A stretch of 64,000 bases of DNA. It comes from Lachnospiraceae bacterium (GTDB lineage Bacteria > Bacillota > Clostridia > Lachnospirales > Lachnospiraceae). Under the pieces are notes generated by a model. That model was not told where the DNA came from. It searched no databases and was given only the letters and a program-made list of their open reading frames with translations. Below are positions 28,792-39,500 of the stretch, in pieces (the first letter of the stretch is position 1; each line of letters begins with the position of its first letter). The DNA lies in contig JAEETA010000012.1 of assembly GCA_016286555.1 (NCBI GenBank), positions 14,057 to 78,056 of the forward strand, given 5' to 3'. The position numbers and the translations under genes are program-made.

Positions 28792-30855
28792 TTAGTCAAG
28801 TTTGAACTGGTTCACCATCTTCTGGAGCTTCTCGGCAGTGGTCTGCTGCTTTCCTGCCATCTCCGCGATGCTGTCCACAGCCTCGGAAACACTGCCAACG
28901 GACTCCGTCACATCGGAGGATCTGGTGGAGGTCTCCTGGGTGGAGTTTGCGATGTTGGCTACGGCATCATTGACTTCCACCATGGAGTTGCTGATGCTTT
29001 CGGTCATGTCGTCGATCTGCGATGCCAGGTCGCCGAAGAGGGTTGCGTCATCGCCGTACTGCTTACCGATCTCCACAAAGTTCCGGTAATCGGGGGTAAC
29101 GGTCTCGGTAACGAATTCCAGCAGCTTTACGGAGCTGGAGTTCAGGTCGCCGAAGGCCTCCTCGATGGAAACGATGGTATCCTGGATTTGGGACACCGCA
29201 TTGGCGGTCTCTGTTGCCAGCTTGTTGATCTCGGATGCCACCACGGCGAAGCCTCTGCCGGCCTCACCTGCTCTGGCTGCCTCGATGGAAGCATTCAGGG
29301 ACAGGAGGTTGATCTGCTCTGCGATATTGGAGATCGCGGTAGCCAGATTGCCGATCTCATGGACCACCTCTGCCTTTGCACTGGCGGTTTCCACTTCCTC
29401 ACTGCGCTCCTTTGCGATGGAGATGGCTGCGTCATGGGACTTCTTGCTGTTCTCCTGGATCTCTCTTGCTCTTTCCTTGATCCGGGCCACTTCTTTCGCG
29501 GTCTGCTCGGTCTCTTCCGCCAGACGCTGCACGGAGGTGTTGACCTCGGTCACGGAGGCGCTGACCTGCTCGGTAGCGGCGCCGGTGCTCATCATGGCAT
29601 CGTTGACGATGGTCATGTTTTCCTGGATCTTTGCAAACTCCGCATTCAGCTCCTCGCTCATAGCGCTCAGGGTGGAGGATGCGTCAGTGATCTCATCGGA
29701 CTCAACGGAGATGCCCTGGATGATACCCTTATTGCTTGCGTACATGTGATTCAGCGCATCGGACATCTGACCCACTTCATCGCTGCTGCGCACCTTCAGA
29801 GGATCGATGGTAAAGTCGCCGTCAGCCAGCTTGCCGGAGAATTCCGTCACGGCTGTCAGCTGCTTGGTAATGTTGTTGATGATGATGAAGATGGTGGCTG
29901 CGCCCAGAACCAGAGCGATCACCAGCACCAGGATATTCAGGTTCAGGAGGGCTTTCACATCCTCTTTCAACTCGTCCGTGGTGATCTGAAGGATCAGTCT
30001 CCACTCCACCTCGGGAACGGTAGCAAAGAAGGTCTGATATTCGGTGCTGCCCTCAGTGTAGGTACCGTCGCCGCTCTCAGCCCCCAGAGCCTTTTTGCCC
30101 AGCGCCACCAAAGAGCTGTTGGAATCCTCCAGAATGTTCATGCCCGACTCTGCCTTCTCGGCTTCCTGCGCATAGAGATACACGCCGCTGCTGGTGAGCA
30201 GCATTGCGGTACCGGTGCGGCCCATCTTAATGGCAGCAGCTGCCTCCTCGATGGAGGAAAGCTCGATGTCTACGGTAACGCAGCCGATGTAGGTCCCGTT
30301 GTCAAACAGGGGCGCGGAACAGGTGGCCATAACACAGCCGGAAGTGGGATCATAATAAGGATCCGTGATCTCCGCACGCATGGTTGTAATGGCCTTGGCG
30401 TTCAGATAGTACTCCTGCACGAAATAGTCATATTCTGCATTGCTGTAGTCCCAGGTCTCCACAATGGACCCGCCGTCCTTGTACCAGTAGGGACCGATGT
30501 ACTGTTCGCCGGAATCATAGGCATAGGGCTCAAACCAGAGTCCGCTGCCCAGGACCATGTCATTGTCTCCGATGATGGAGACGAGCATGTTTTTCAGATC
30601 CTCCAGGCTGGCGGACCGGTAGGTAGCGCTGACGGCGCGGGAAATGTTCAGTGCTGTACGACGCACCTCCTGCAGATCGCCGTCCATGGTATTGACAGCT
30701 GCCTGCAGGGTTTGCTCAGCAGTGGATTCCACCTGTTCGGAAATGATGCTATTGCTCCTGACGGCACTGATGACCGTCATGATGATCAGCGCACCTGCAA
30801 AAAGGGGCAGGATACCGAGGAGCATTTTCGCTTTGATGCTGGTTTTTTTCTTCAT
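28792..30855 (-). CDS. Methyl-accepting chemotaxis protein (dCache-HAMP-MA)
   Basis: Two TMs flanking a Cache-like domain (DPYYD, VTVD); HAMP (DEVGQM); [30 protein letters not shown]. Confidence 0.95.
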   Translation of the reverse strand: MKKKTSIKAKMLLGILPLFAGALIIMTVISAVRSNSIISEQVESTAEQTLQAAVNTMDGDLQEVRRTALNISRAVSATYRSASLEDLKNMLVSIIGDNDMVLGSGLWFEPYAYDSGEQYIGPYWYKDGGSIVETWDYSNAEYDYFVQEYYLNAKAITTMRAEITDPYYDPTSGCVMATCSAPLFDNGTYIGCVTVDIELSSIEEAAAAIKMGRTGTAMLLTSSGVYLYAQEAEKAESGMNILEDSNSSLVALGKKALGAESGDGTYTEGSTEYQTFFATVPEVEWRLILQITTDELKEDVKALLNLNILVLVIALVLGAATIFIIINNITKQLTAVTEFSGKLADGDFTIDPLKVRSSDEVGQMSDALNHMYASNKGIIQGISVESDEITDASSTLSAMSEELNAEFAKIQENMTIVNDAMMSTGAATEQVSASVTEVNTSVQRLAEETEQTAKEVARIKERAREIQENSKKSHDAAISIAKERSEEVETASAKAEVVHEIGNLATAISNIAEQINLLSLNASIEAARAGEAGRGFAVVASEINKLATETANAVSQIQDTIVSIEEAFGDLNSSSVKLLEFVTETVTPDYRNFVEIGKQYGDDATLFGDLASQIDDMTESISNSMVEVNDAVANIANSTQETSTRSSDVTESVGSVSEAVDSIAEMAGKQQTTAEKLQKMVNQFKLD

Positions 30856-31082
30856 TGGCAGGTTCCTTTCTAGTTGTCTGAAAAAACAGCAGATACATAG
30901 TCATTTTACAGTAAACGGAAACTGCGCACAATAAACGCAAGGCTTTACACATATTAAAAGAGTATAAACAGGAAACCGGCAAAACGGTTGTTCCCCCTGA
31001 ATTCCTGCGGCTCAGTGTTGGCACGGTACCCCCGACCGTGCTAAAATAGGCCTGTAGTATACCTTTTTCGGAGGTTTGGCAC

Positions 31083-32219
31083 ATGGAAGCCTTAAAACAG
31101 GTGGAGCCCAGTGCCCTGGTCTATGTGATCCTGACAGGCCTGGTACTGCTCCTCTCCGCCCGCATTGACAACCGGGAGCTGCTGCCCTTTTCCCCGGGAC
31201 TGCAAAGTAAGCAGCAGCGCTACAATCGCATCGCCATGATCGGCATCTACCTGCTGCTGACGGGGGTCTCCGCCTGCCGGATCGCCGTGGGCAACGATTA
31301 CTGGGGCTACCGCAAGAGCTTCGACATCATCGCCCAGGACCGCTACGTTTCCTTTGAGAGCGGGTTCAATTTTATCGTAAAGGCTGTGTATGCGGTCTTC
31401 GGATACAGCAATTACCTGCCGGTCTTCGCCGTCTTCTCCATTGTGACGGTACTGTTTTTTGTACTGGCGCTGCGGACTCAGGGACGTTTTTTTGCCTTCT
31501 CCCTCTTTTTACTGATGACGGGAGGCTTTTACTTTAACTCCCTGAATTCCATCCGCTACTACCTGGCCCTGGCCATTGCCCTTTACTCCATCAGATATAT
31601 ATTTTCCAAGGATTACCTGCACTTCCTGGTGCTGATCTTCCTGGGGATGTTTTTCCACAAATCCGTGCTTCTGGTGGTGCCCGTGTATCTGGTGACCTGG
31701 ATCCTGGCGAACCTGAAGTATAAAAAATGGATACTGATCGCAGGCGGGGTCCTGGGGACCGGCTTCATTGCCAGCCTCCTCTTCTGCCAAAATCTCTACC
31801 GCAGGCTGATCTTCCATTTTTATCCCTATTATGAAGGCTCCGTTTTCGACAACGGTGACATTTCCTATGTGAACATCCTGCGCTGCGTGGCGGTGCTGGT
31901 GCTCTGCGGCATCTGCTTTAAGCAGTTTTTCGGGGATCATAACAGGCTCCGCTTCTACGGCCTCCTGAGCCTCTGGGGTCTCATCGTTTACCTGTGCGGC
32001 AGCTTCATACCCACCACCTCCCGCATCGGCTATTACATGATCGTGCCCCAGATCTTCCTGATCCCGGAGCTGGTGGAAGGATGTGAGAAGGAAAAACTGC
32101 GTAGGCTCCTGCGCTTCGGCGTCATCGCCGGCTTTCTTCTATACTTTGCATTCCTCATCGTACAGATGTATGATGAAGGAGTGAAGCTCCTGCCCTACCG
32201 GAACTGGATCTTCCAGTAA
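31083..32219 (+). CDS. EpsG-family (Wzy-like) polysaccharide polymerase
   Basis: Polytopic membrane protein; RIAVGNDY, ESGF, NSIRYYLA, FHKS, LPY motifs. Confidence 0.85.
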   Translation: MEALKQVEPSALVYVILTGLVLLLSARIDNRELLPFSPGLQSKQQRYNRIAMIGIYLLLTGVSACRIAVGNDYWGYRKSFDIIAQDRYVSFESGFNFIVKAVYAVFGYSNYLPVFAVFSIVTVLFFVLALRTQGRFFAFSLFLLMTGGFYFNSLNSIRYYLALAIALYSIRYIFSKDYLHFLVLIFLGMFFHKSVLLVVPVYLVTWILANLKYKKWILIAGGVLGTGFIASLLFCQNLYRRLIFHFYPYYEGSVFDNGDISYVNILRCVAVLVLCGICFKQFFGDHNRLRFYGLLSLWGLIVYLCGSFIPTTSRIGYYMIVPQIFLIPELVEGCEKEKLRRLLRFGVIAGFLLYFAFLIVQMYDEGVKLLPYRNWIFQ

Positions 32220-32266
32220 AAACGATACTTTCCGGGCATGCGCCCGTTCAAAGGAGATAAGGTACT

Positions 32267-33202
32267 ATGGCAATCTTTACCGCGATCGTTCCCTGCTACA
32301 ACGAGGAGGAAACGGTACCCCTTTTCTATGATGAGATGATCAAGAACGACCCCTTCTTCAAGGCCAATGACCTGGAGCTGGAGCTGCTGTTCATCGACGA
32401 CGGCTCCACCGACAGCACTGTCACAAAAGTCCGGGAACTCCACGAGAAGGATGAGCGTGTGCACCTCATCAGCTTCTCCCGGAACTTTGGCAAGGAAGCC
32501 GCCATGTACGCAGGCCTTCAGAACGCGAAGGGCGAGTACGTGGTGATCATGGACGTGGATCTGCAGGATCCCCCCTCTCTGCTCCCTGAGATGTTCGAAG
32601 GGCTGAAGGAAGGATACGATTCCGTTGCCACCCGCAGAGTCAACCGCAAGGGCGAGCCTCCCATCCGCAGCTTTTTTGCCCGGAGATTCTACCGCATCAT
32701 GCGGAAAATCTCCCAGACGGAAATGATGGACGGTGCCCGGGACTATCGCCTCATGACCCGCCAGATGGTGGATTCCATCCTCTCCATGGGCGAGTACAAC
32801 CGCTTTACCAAAGGTATCTTCGGCTGGGTGGGCTTCAAGACCAAATGGCTGGAGTTTGAAAATGTGGACCGCAGCGCAGGCACCACCAAATGGAGCTTCT
32901 GGAAGCTGTTCAAGTACTCCATCGAGGGCATTACCGCCTTCTCCACCGCGCCTCTGGTGCTGAGTTCCGTGGCCGGTGTCTTCTTCTGTTTCCTGGCCTT
33001 CCTCATGGTGATCTTCATCATCGTCCGCAAGATCCTCTTCGGCGATCCGGTGGACGGCTGGCCCAGCATGGTCTGCATCATCCTCTTCATCAGCGGTGTC
33101 CAGTTCTTCTGTACCGGGATCCTGGGGCAGTACATGGCCAAGACCTACATGGAGGTCAAGAACCGTCCCATCTACCTGAAAAACGAGAAGAACTGCTTCT
33201 GA
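32267..33202 (+). CDS. GT2 bactoprenol glycosyltransferase (GtrB/CsbB-like)
   Basis: VPCYNEEE, SRNFGKEAA, MDVDLQDPP, DYRLM, EVKNRPIY; two C-terminal TMs. Confidence 0.92.
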   Translation: MAIFTAIVPCYNEEETVPLFYDEMIKNDPFFKANDLELELLFIDDGSTDSTVTKVRELHEKDERVHLISFSRNFGKEAAMYAGLQNAKGEYVVIMDVDLQDPPSLLPEMFEGLKEGYDSVATRRVNRKGEPPIRSFFARRFYRIMRKISQTEMMDGARDYRLMTRQMVDSILSMGEYNRFTKGIFGWVGFKTKWLEFENVDRSAGTTKWSFWKLFKYSIEGITAFSTAPLVLSSVAGVFFCFLAFLMVIFIIVRKILFGDPVDGWPSMVCIILFISGVQFFCTGILGQYMAKTYMEVKNRPIYLKNEKNCF

Positions 33203-33225
33203 TCTGACAGAGCAAAAGGAATGCT

Positions 33226-34386
33226 ATGTTGCACTTGATATTACTCATCCTGTTTTTGGCACTGCTCCCGCTGTTGCTGGGGCAGGGCCTGCAGACGGTT
33301 CCCGAGCTTCTCACCGGGAAAAAGGCAAGGCTGCCGGAAAAATATGTTTCCGGAAGCCTTCTTTTCGTGTTTGCGGCGGAAGGAGCACATCTCCTGACCC
33401 TGCTGCGTAAGGGAACCCTGGCGGATGCCATGAAGGTCATGGGGATCTGCGTCATCGCTCTGGCCACCGTCGCTTATGTATTGATGATGGTGGGGATCGT
33501 GAAGCGGACACTGAAGAAATCGGGAGCAGGCGTGGGAAGTGCCGGGGCGTCCGGTCCGGAACCGGCTGAAGGTGAAAAATCCGCAGATCCGGAAAGGCCC
33601 GATATGACAGATGTGTCGGAATCCAAGGCAGAAAAATCCAAAGGATTCGGTGCCGCCGGGATCTTTGCTGTGGGCATCGCACTTCTGATGATTGTTTTGG
33701 CGCTATATCTCCTGACAGGAAATCATCTGAATTTCTACGGGGACATGACCATGGAGACGGTAAACGCGCTCCTGGAGGATGCTCCGCTCTATACCATCAA
33801 TCCCATGACCGGTCAGCCCTACGAAACCGGCATCCCTTCCAGACTCACCATCCTGTGCCTGCCCACCCTGTACGCTCTTCTGTGCAGAGCCTTTGGGCTC
33901 CCTGCCATGACTGTGGTATGGCGGGTGGCTTCCGTTTTCTGGCTGGTGAACGTCCTCTTTGCCGCTTTGTATCTGGCACGGATGCTGTTCCCCGAAGGGA
34001 TTTCCGATGCAAAACATTCCGGCGAGCCTATGGCTTCCGATGCCCCTTCGGATGCTGACCATCACAAGAAGCAGGCTGCGCTGCGCCGCAACCTCTTCAC
34101 CTTCCTGTGTCTCTTCCTGCTCTTTGCAGCGGATCGGGCAGTGGGCCTTCCCGGCTTTTCTCTGCTGCATATGGCCTACGGAGCCCGTTGCATTCGCGCT
34201 CTGGTACTGCTCCCTACCCTGGCCGCAGCTTTCTTTGACAAGCGTTACCTCCTCTGCTGCAGTTGCATCCTGGCGGAAAGCGTCATTATGTGGACCCATT
34301 TCGGTGTGGGGTTGACTTTTGTATTCTTCCTGCTTCTGGTGGCAGTGAGCTTTGTGCAGAAGCGTAGAAAGGGAGGTGCCAAATGA
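33226..34386 (+). CDS. Polytopic membrane protein (DUF6077-like)
   Basis: Many TMs; GDMTMETV..INPMTG..RLTILCLPTLY motif; follows the GtrB-like gene. Confidence 0.6.
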   Translation: MLHLILLILFLALLPLLLGQGLQTVPELLTGKKARLPEKYVSGSLLFVFAAEGAHLLTLLRKGTLADAMKVMGICVIALATVAYVLMMVGIVKRTLKKSGAGVGSAGASGPEPAEGEKSADPERPDMTDVSESKAEKSKGFGAAGIFAVGIALLMIVLALYLLTGNHLNFYGDMTMETVNALLEDAPLYTINPMTGQPYETGIPSRLTILCLPTLYALLCRAFGLPAMTVVWRVASVFWLVNVLFAALYLARMLFPEGISDAKHSGEPMASDAPSDADHHKKQAALRRNLFTFLCLFLLFAADRAVGLPGFSLLHMAYGARCIRALVLLPTLAAAFFDKRYLLCCSCILAESVIMWTHFGVGLTFVFFLLLVAVSFVQKRRKGGAK

Positions 34387-35333
34387 GTGCATGGTTAAAC
34401 GGCCTCACGCAGTACACCTCCGGCGCTAAGCTTCAGGGGATCTATGCCATTTTGCTGCTGTCGCTCCTGTGTTTCCCGGGGCTGCGGAAATACCTTTCCG
34501 GGCGCGGGAAGACCCTTCTGGCGACCGCAGGCATCTGGGCACTGCTGTGCCTCTTCCCGTTCTCGGCTCTGGGACTCCTGTGGTACCAGAGTGCCTACTA
34601 CGACTATACCGCCCTCTGGGAGCCGGCACTGCTGATCCCCGTCTGTGCTCTGGGGCTGGGAACCCTGATGGCAGAGCTTCTTCTCTACAGACGGGAGCAT
34701 GCCGAAGATACCTCTTTTAAGAATAAAATCTGTCCGCCTCTGACGGTGGTCCTGCTCCTGCTCATTGCCTTTCTTTGCGGCGACGCGGGACTGGGGAACT
34801 GGAAAAGCGGCGGGCTGCAGGGCGATGCGGCGCAGCTGGAGGCCCTGCGGGCAGAGCTTCTGACCCTCAAGGAAGACGGCTCTGACAAGCCCGTGGTCTG
34901 GGCTCCCCGGGAAGTCCTTTCCTACCTGCCCATGGCAGGCGCAGACTTTACCCTGTATTACGGCAGAGACCTGTGGGACGCTTCCCTGGCAGGCTTTACC
35001 TATGACACCTACGATCAGGAACGGCAGGATGCGGAGAGCTGGATGTACGCCGTCAGCCTTCAGGATGTGTTTTTCTTTGCGGAGGATTGGAGCTCCGTCT
35101 ACTACGATGGGGAAAATGCGCGGGAAACCGCGGGAAACAAAAACGGCATCACAAGCTGCCGTAAGGCGCTGGATGCCGGTGTGGATGTGATCGTATTGCC
35201 CTGTAAGGATCGGACGGATGTGGCAGGTCTCACTGCAATCTGTGATGCGCTGGATCTCACTGCCCTGACTCCTGCGGAGACGGGCTGCGAAGGATATTAC
35301 ATCCTCCTGCGCACCGCATTGGCGCCCCAGTGA
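34383..35333 (+). CDS. Hypothetical membrane protein
   Basis: About four N-terminal TMs and a soluble C-terminus (LYYGRDLWD); 4-nt overlap, GGAGG RBS. Confidence 0.7.
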   Translation: MSAWLNGLTQYTSGAKLQGIYAILLLSLLCFPGLRKYLSGRGKTLLATAGIWALLCLFPFSALGLLWYQSAYYDYTALWEPALLIPVCALGLGTLMAELLLYRREHAEDTSFKNKICPPLTVVLLLLIAFLCGDAGLGNWKSGGLQGDAAQLEALRAELLTLKEDGSDKPVVWAPREVLSYLPMAGADFTLYYGRDLWDASLAGFTYDTYDQERQDAESWMYAVSLQDVFFFAEDWSSVYYDGENARETAGNKNGITSCRKALDAGVDVIVLPCKDRTDVAGLTAICDALDLTALTPAETGCEGYYILLRTALAPQ

Positions 35334-36085
35334 AGGAAATAGTAAGCGCTGGAAAAGACGTTCAGATGCTCCGCCTTCCGATAGAGATTCCAGATGCGGC
35401 GCACCGCTTCCAGCTTGTTGGAGGACAGGCTCTTGCCGGACTTCCCGGGTCTGCGGTAGCGCACCAGGATCTCGTCCAGTCCGTAGGCGATCTCTCCCTC
35501 CCGGAGGAGCTTCCACCACAGAGCGGTATCCTCGCTCTTCATGACAGGCATCTCAAGGCGGTCCTTGGATATGACAGCAGTGTCAAACATCACGGTCGAT
35601 GTAAAGATCGTGGTGTTTTTTAATGCATCATAATAGTTCAGGCGCTCGGGCACATGGACCATTTTCCCCAGACCCTTCCCGTTCTCGTCGGCGAATTCAT
35701 ACCCGGTAAAGACAAAGCCCGCCCGGCGGTTCTTCAGGAAGGTCAGCGTACGGAAAAGCTTATCCCTGTCCCAGATGTCATCTCCGTCCAGGAAGGCGAT
35801 GTAGCGTCCCTTTGCCTCCTGCACGCCACGGTTTCTGGCCAGGGCAGGGCCGCCGTTTTTCTCCATGGTAATGAGACGGATCCGCAGAAAACGGTGGGAT
35901 TCCATGTAGGCGCGGATCAGGTCCGCGGATTCATCATCACTGCAGTCGTCCACCAAGATCAGCTCCCAGTCGGCATAGGTCTGACGGCGCACGCACTCAA
36001 GCGTCTCCCGGATGCAAAATGCCAGCCGGTAGACGGGGATGATGATGCTCACTGTTTTGTTGCTGATCGATTCCGTATTTTCCAT
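35297..36085 (-). CDS. GT2 glycosyltransferase (TuaG-like)
   Basis: SIIIPVY, VDDCSDD, ARNRG, FLDGDD, SEDTALW, SLSSNK; start uncertain (36085 or 36145). Confidence 0.88.
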   Translation of the reverse strand: MENTESISNKTVSIIIPVYRLAFCIRETLECVRRQTYADWELILVDDCSDDESADLIRAYMESHRFLRIRLITMEKNGGPALARNRGVQEAKGRYIAFLDGDDIWDRDKLFRTLTFLKNRRAGFVFTGYEFADENGKGLGKMVHVPERLNYYDALKNTTIFTSTVMFDTAVISKDRLEMPVMKSEDTALWWKLLREGEIAYGLDEILVRYRRPGKSGKSLSSNKLEAVRRIWNLYRKAEHLNVFSSAYYFLHWGANAVRRRM

Positions 36086-36091
36086 CGTCTC

Positions 36092-36122
36092 AAAAAAAGC
36101 CCGCTCCCTTTCGGGAACGGGC
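36092..36122 (-). terminator. Rho-independent terminator after HPr
   Basis: Minus strand GCCCGTTCCC-GAAA-GGGAGCGGGC-TTTTTTT. Confidence 0.85.
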
Positions 36123-36128
36123 CGATCG

Positions 36129-36392
36129 TCATTCTCCCAGGCCATTCACCACTGCATCCACCAGACTCTTCAATGCAGCTTCCTCGTCCTCTCCGTCACA
36201 GAAAAATTCAATCTCATCTCCGCATTTAACGCAGGCGCCCAAGACGCTCAAAACGCTTTTGGCATTCGCCGTATTGTCACGGAACTTAAATGTGATCAGG
36301 GACTTATATTGCATTGCTTCCTTACAAAGGATTCCGGCGGGGCGCAGATGCAAACCCGTTGGATTTTTGATAATGACCTTCTGACTAACCAT
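36129..36392 (-). CDS. ptsH: PTS phosphocarrier HPr
   Basis: GLHLRPA (His15), NAKSVLSVL (Ser46), GEDE; start at ATG 36392 after GGAGG. Confidence 0.9.
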   Translation of the reverse strand: MVSQKVIIKNPTGLHLRPAGILCKEAMQYKSLITFKFRDNTANAKSVLSVLGACVKCGDEIEFFCDGEDEEAALKSLVDAVVNGLGE

Positions 36393-36552
36393 GAAATCTT
36401 CCTCCGGTGACACGCAAATCCGTTTGCCAAAAAACTGTCACGCTTCTAAGTGATTCCATTGTATCATTAATTCCCTTCGGAAACAAGAGAAGGGAGGGAT
36501 GTTCATCCATTGTTCACGGAAAAATTAGAATTGCCTTCCGCTGCTTCCGGAA

Positions 36553-39500
36553 CTATTGATCACCGATTCCCACAGCGATTCCTGCGTGGTGACACTGGTC
36601 GATGAACTCAGGGGATCCAATGAACATGTCCAGGACTCCTTCTCTGGTAAGGGTTCCGTTTTCCAGAGCGCTCAGCCACTCGTTATACCCTGCCTCGTCC
36701 GGCTCACGTCCGAAGATGGCCATGTACAGATCCGTGACATACTCACCGTTGTCGCGGTCCAGCGTCGCATACTCATCGCCGTTCAGGAAGGTGTTCACCA
36801 TCACCCGTGCAGGTGCATCGGGATTGTGGGACGCCATGATCTCTACCCAGAATTCCACTTCCTCTTCGCTGGGAACACGGCCGAAGACCGTATCATAGAG
36901 ATTCACTACCATCACTCTCACAGGAGACTCCACGGTACATCCTTCGATGGTGCAGTGAGCCTTCTGGATGGTGCCCAGTTTGGGAACCGTTGCCATACCT
37001 CTGCCGGCATATACTTCGTATCTGTCACAGAGATCATAGAACTCGGTACTGGTCAGGAAGCCCTGTGCCACCATCTCTCTGGAATATCCTTCATCCATCA
37101 GCAGGAGCCAGCCTGCCTTGCCCTCTTCATCCGCAGGTCTGCCAAAGAGACCGAGATAGAGGTAATCCAGGAAGTGGGAGTTACACATGTTCCTGTTGGA
37201 GAACTCGGTGCTGAAGATAAATCCTGCAGCAGCCTCTCCCGCCGTCTGGGTGCCCTGATCCAGCAATGTGGTCCAGAAGGTCACCTCCTCCTCATCGGGA
37301 GTTCTGTCCAGGAATACCTCATACATTCTGGTGACAAAAGAGCTGACCTGTCCGTCATCCACAGGATCATCATCGGGATCCGGATCGGGCGCTTCCGCGG
37401 AAATGGTCACAGCCAACTTAAACTCAGCGGAATCCAGGTGATTGGAATCGCCGTAGACACGGAACCATACATAGTAGGTACCCGCTTCTGTAGCGGTAGG
37501 GATCGTAGCGCTGTACTCTCCGGTTGCTTCATCCGCAGTGCCCGGTGCGTACACCAGGGTTCCCACATTGGAGGATCCTGCCGTTGCCAGCTCCTGGGCC
37601 TCGCCGGTGTAATACAGCTTCTTGGCCGTCGGTGCGGTAAATCCGGTAATGGGGATACCTGCCTTCCGGATGGTAACGGTGGCAGAGCCGGTGTAATCCG
37701 CATAGCCCTCCGCAGAAACCTTGAAGTACGTGGTATGGGTGCCCACTTCCGTGTAGCCCGGATTTTCCGTCAGGTCATAGGTTCCTTCCGTGGTGCCGTA
37801 CATGATAGTAGCGCCTTCGGAGGGAGTGAGCACGTTTACGGTAATGGTGCGAGGAATTCCGGTATAGGCACCGGTGGCGCCTCTTGCAGTTACCCGCATG
37901 TAATCGCCGGAAATGGTGTAGGTAACGCTTGCAGTTTTCCCGCAAGCACTAACACTGGCAGTATAGGAACCTGCCGCAGTGGGCGGAGTGGTACTGTCAG
38001 GATAGTTGGTGCCGTTTACGCCGACGTAATGGATCACAGCATCCTCAGCATCCATCCCGACGGCCGCAAAAAATTCTCCTGTCTGTCGAAGCGAAGCAGC
38101 GGGGTTAAAGGAATCACCCGCTATGGTATGTCTGGGGACCAGAAGGGTGAGCGCAACCGTTCCGCCTTCCACCCACAGACATCCGGCGTTGTGGCAGGTG
38201 GCAGTAATGGTAGCACCATTTACGGTGTAGACCAGGCGGTGGGGAACCACCGTCAGTTCGCCGCCGGTCATGCCGATATCATACGGCTCTCCGTTGGCAT
38301 TGTTCGTACTGCCGTTGCGATCATAAATCCTGTAGAAATAGTCTGCAGGATCCGCATTCCCCATACTCGTCGTCCAGCCGTCTGTAAATACGCCGAGACT
38401 TTCCACGGACACATGGCGCAAACAGAGGGGAGGCTCCACTCTGTCCAGCTCACCGATGGTAATGACTGCGCCCGTGGGCAGATATACATCTTGAAGTTCT
38501 TCCTCTTCCGCATTTTCTTCATCATCTTCGACAGTATCATCTCCGATTGCGAAACTGTCCGACACCTCGAAGGTGCTTCCGGGAGTAACATAGACTGCAT
38601 TGCCCTTGCCTTCTGCGGTATTTTCGGAAATACTCCCACCGCTCATCTCAAAGATTGCGTTTTCCTCGAGATAAACGCCACCGCCGTTTCCACCGGTCCG
38701 TGTAGACGTAAAGGTTGCGCTGTTAATAAAGAATTCGCCATCGGTCATAATGAATCTGCCGCCGTCTTCGACATATACACCGCCGCCGTTGCCGTTGACT
38801 TCATTGTCTTGTATGCATCCACCGAGCATTTCAAACACGCCGCCGGAAGCAACATACACGCCCGCGCCCTTGCCACCGGACATATTTCCAATGATATCTC
38901 CGCTGAGCAGCCGGAATACGCCGCCGTTATCCACATAAACACCGCCGCCTGCAGTCGTAGCCATATTGTTGCAGATCATACCCGTTTCAAAGGAAACCGC
39001 AGCGCCTGAATGAACATATATGCCGCCGCCTTTTCCTTCCTGGGAAGCGCCGTCCCATCCGCCTCGGATCTGCCCCCAGCCGTCATGCGCCGTGATGTCC
39101 AGAATGCCATAGGCTTCGATGACAGAGCCGTTATCCGCAGGCGTAACGCCGTTGATTGGAGCTCCATCATCATCCCACCGCAGTCGATAGACCCAACAAT
39201 CGTCCAAATCAAGGGTGGTGCAGACACCTACAGGAACGGAAAGATCCTCATTACCGTTCTCTCCGTAGCGCGGGTATATCCTATGATCCCATTCTCCTCG
39301 ATCATTATATACATCTTCTTCTGCAACCTTTGTATATCCCCCCAACTGCAGCGCTTTATACAGGTTTGTCCAGGTTTTCACGAGACGGGGATCCGCCGCC
39401 GTGGCTGCACGAAGCACAGGGCCGGTTGTCGTCATCTTCCAGGTGGTCTCGAAATTATATCCTTCAAAAGTACTTTGGGTAGCCCACTCTTCCGAAGTCA

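Noticed and set aside
30856-31082. Possible c-di-GMP riboswitch upstream of the MCP or EpsG gene
   Set aside because: Only one hairpin (gcacggt/accgtgc) is seen; the GEMM two-stem consensus is not matched.
36556-39009. 817-aa plus-strand ORF, and similar long antisense ORFs (40285-42390, 29188-30873, 13374-15101, 61883-63265, 46355-47644)
   Set aside because: They mirror well-supported minus-strand genes, have no recognisable motifs, and are expected shadows of GC-biased codon usage.
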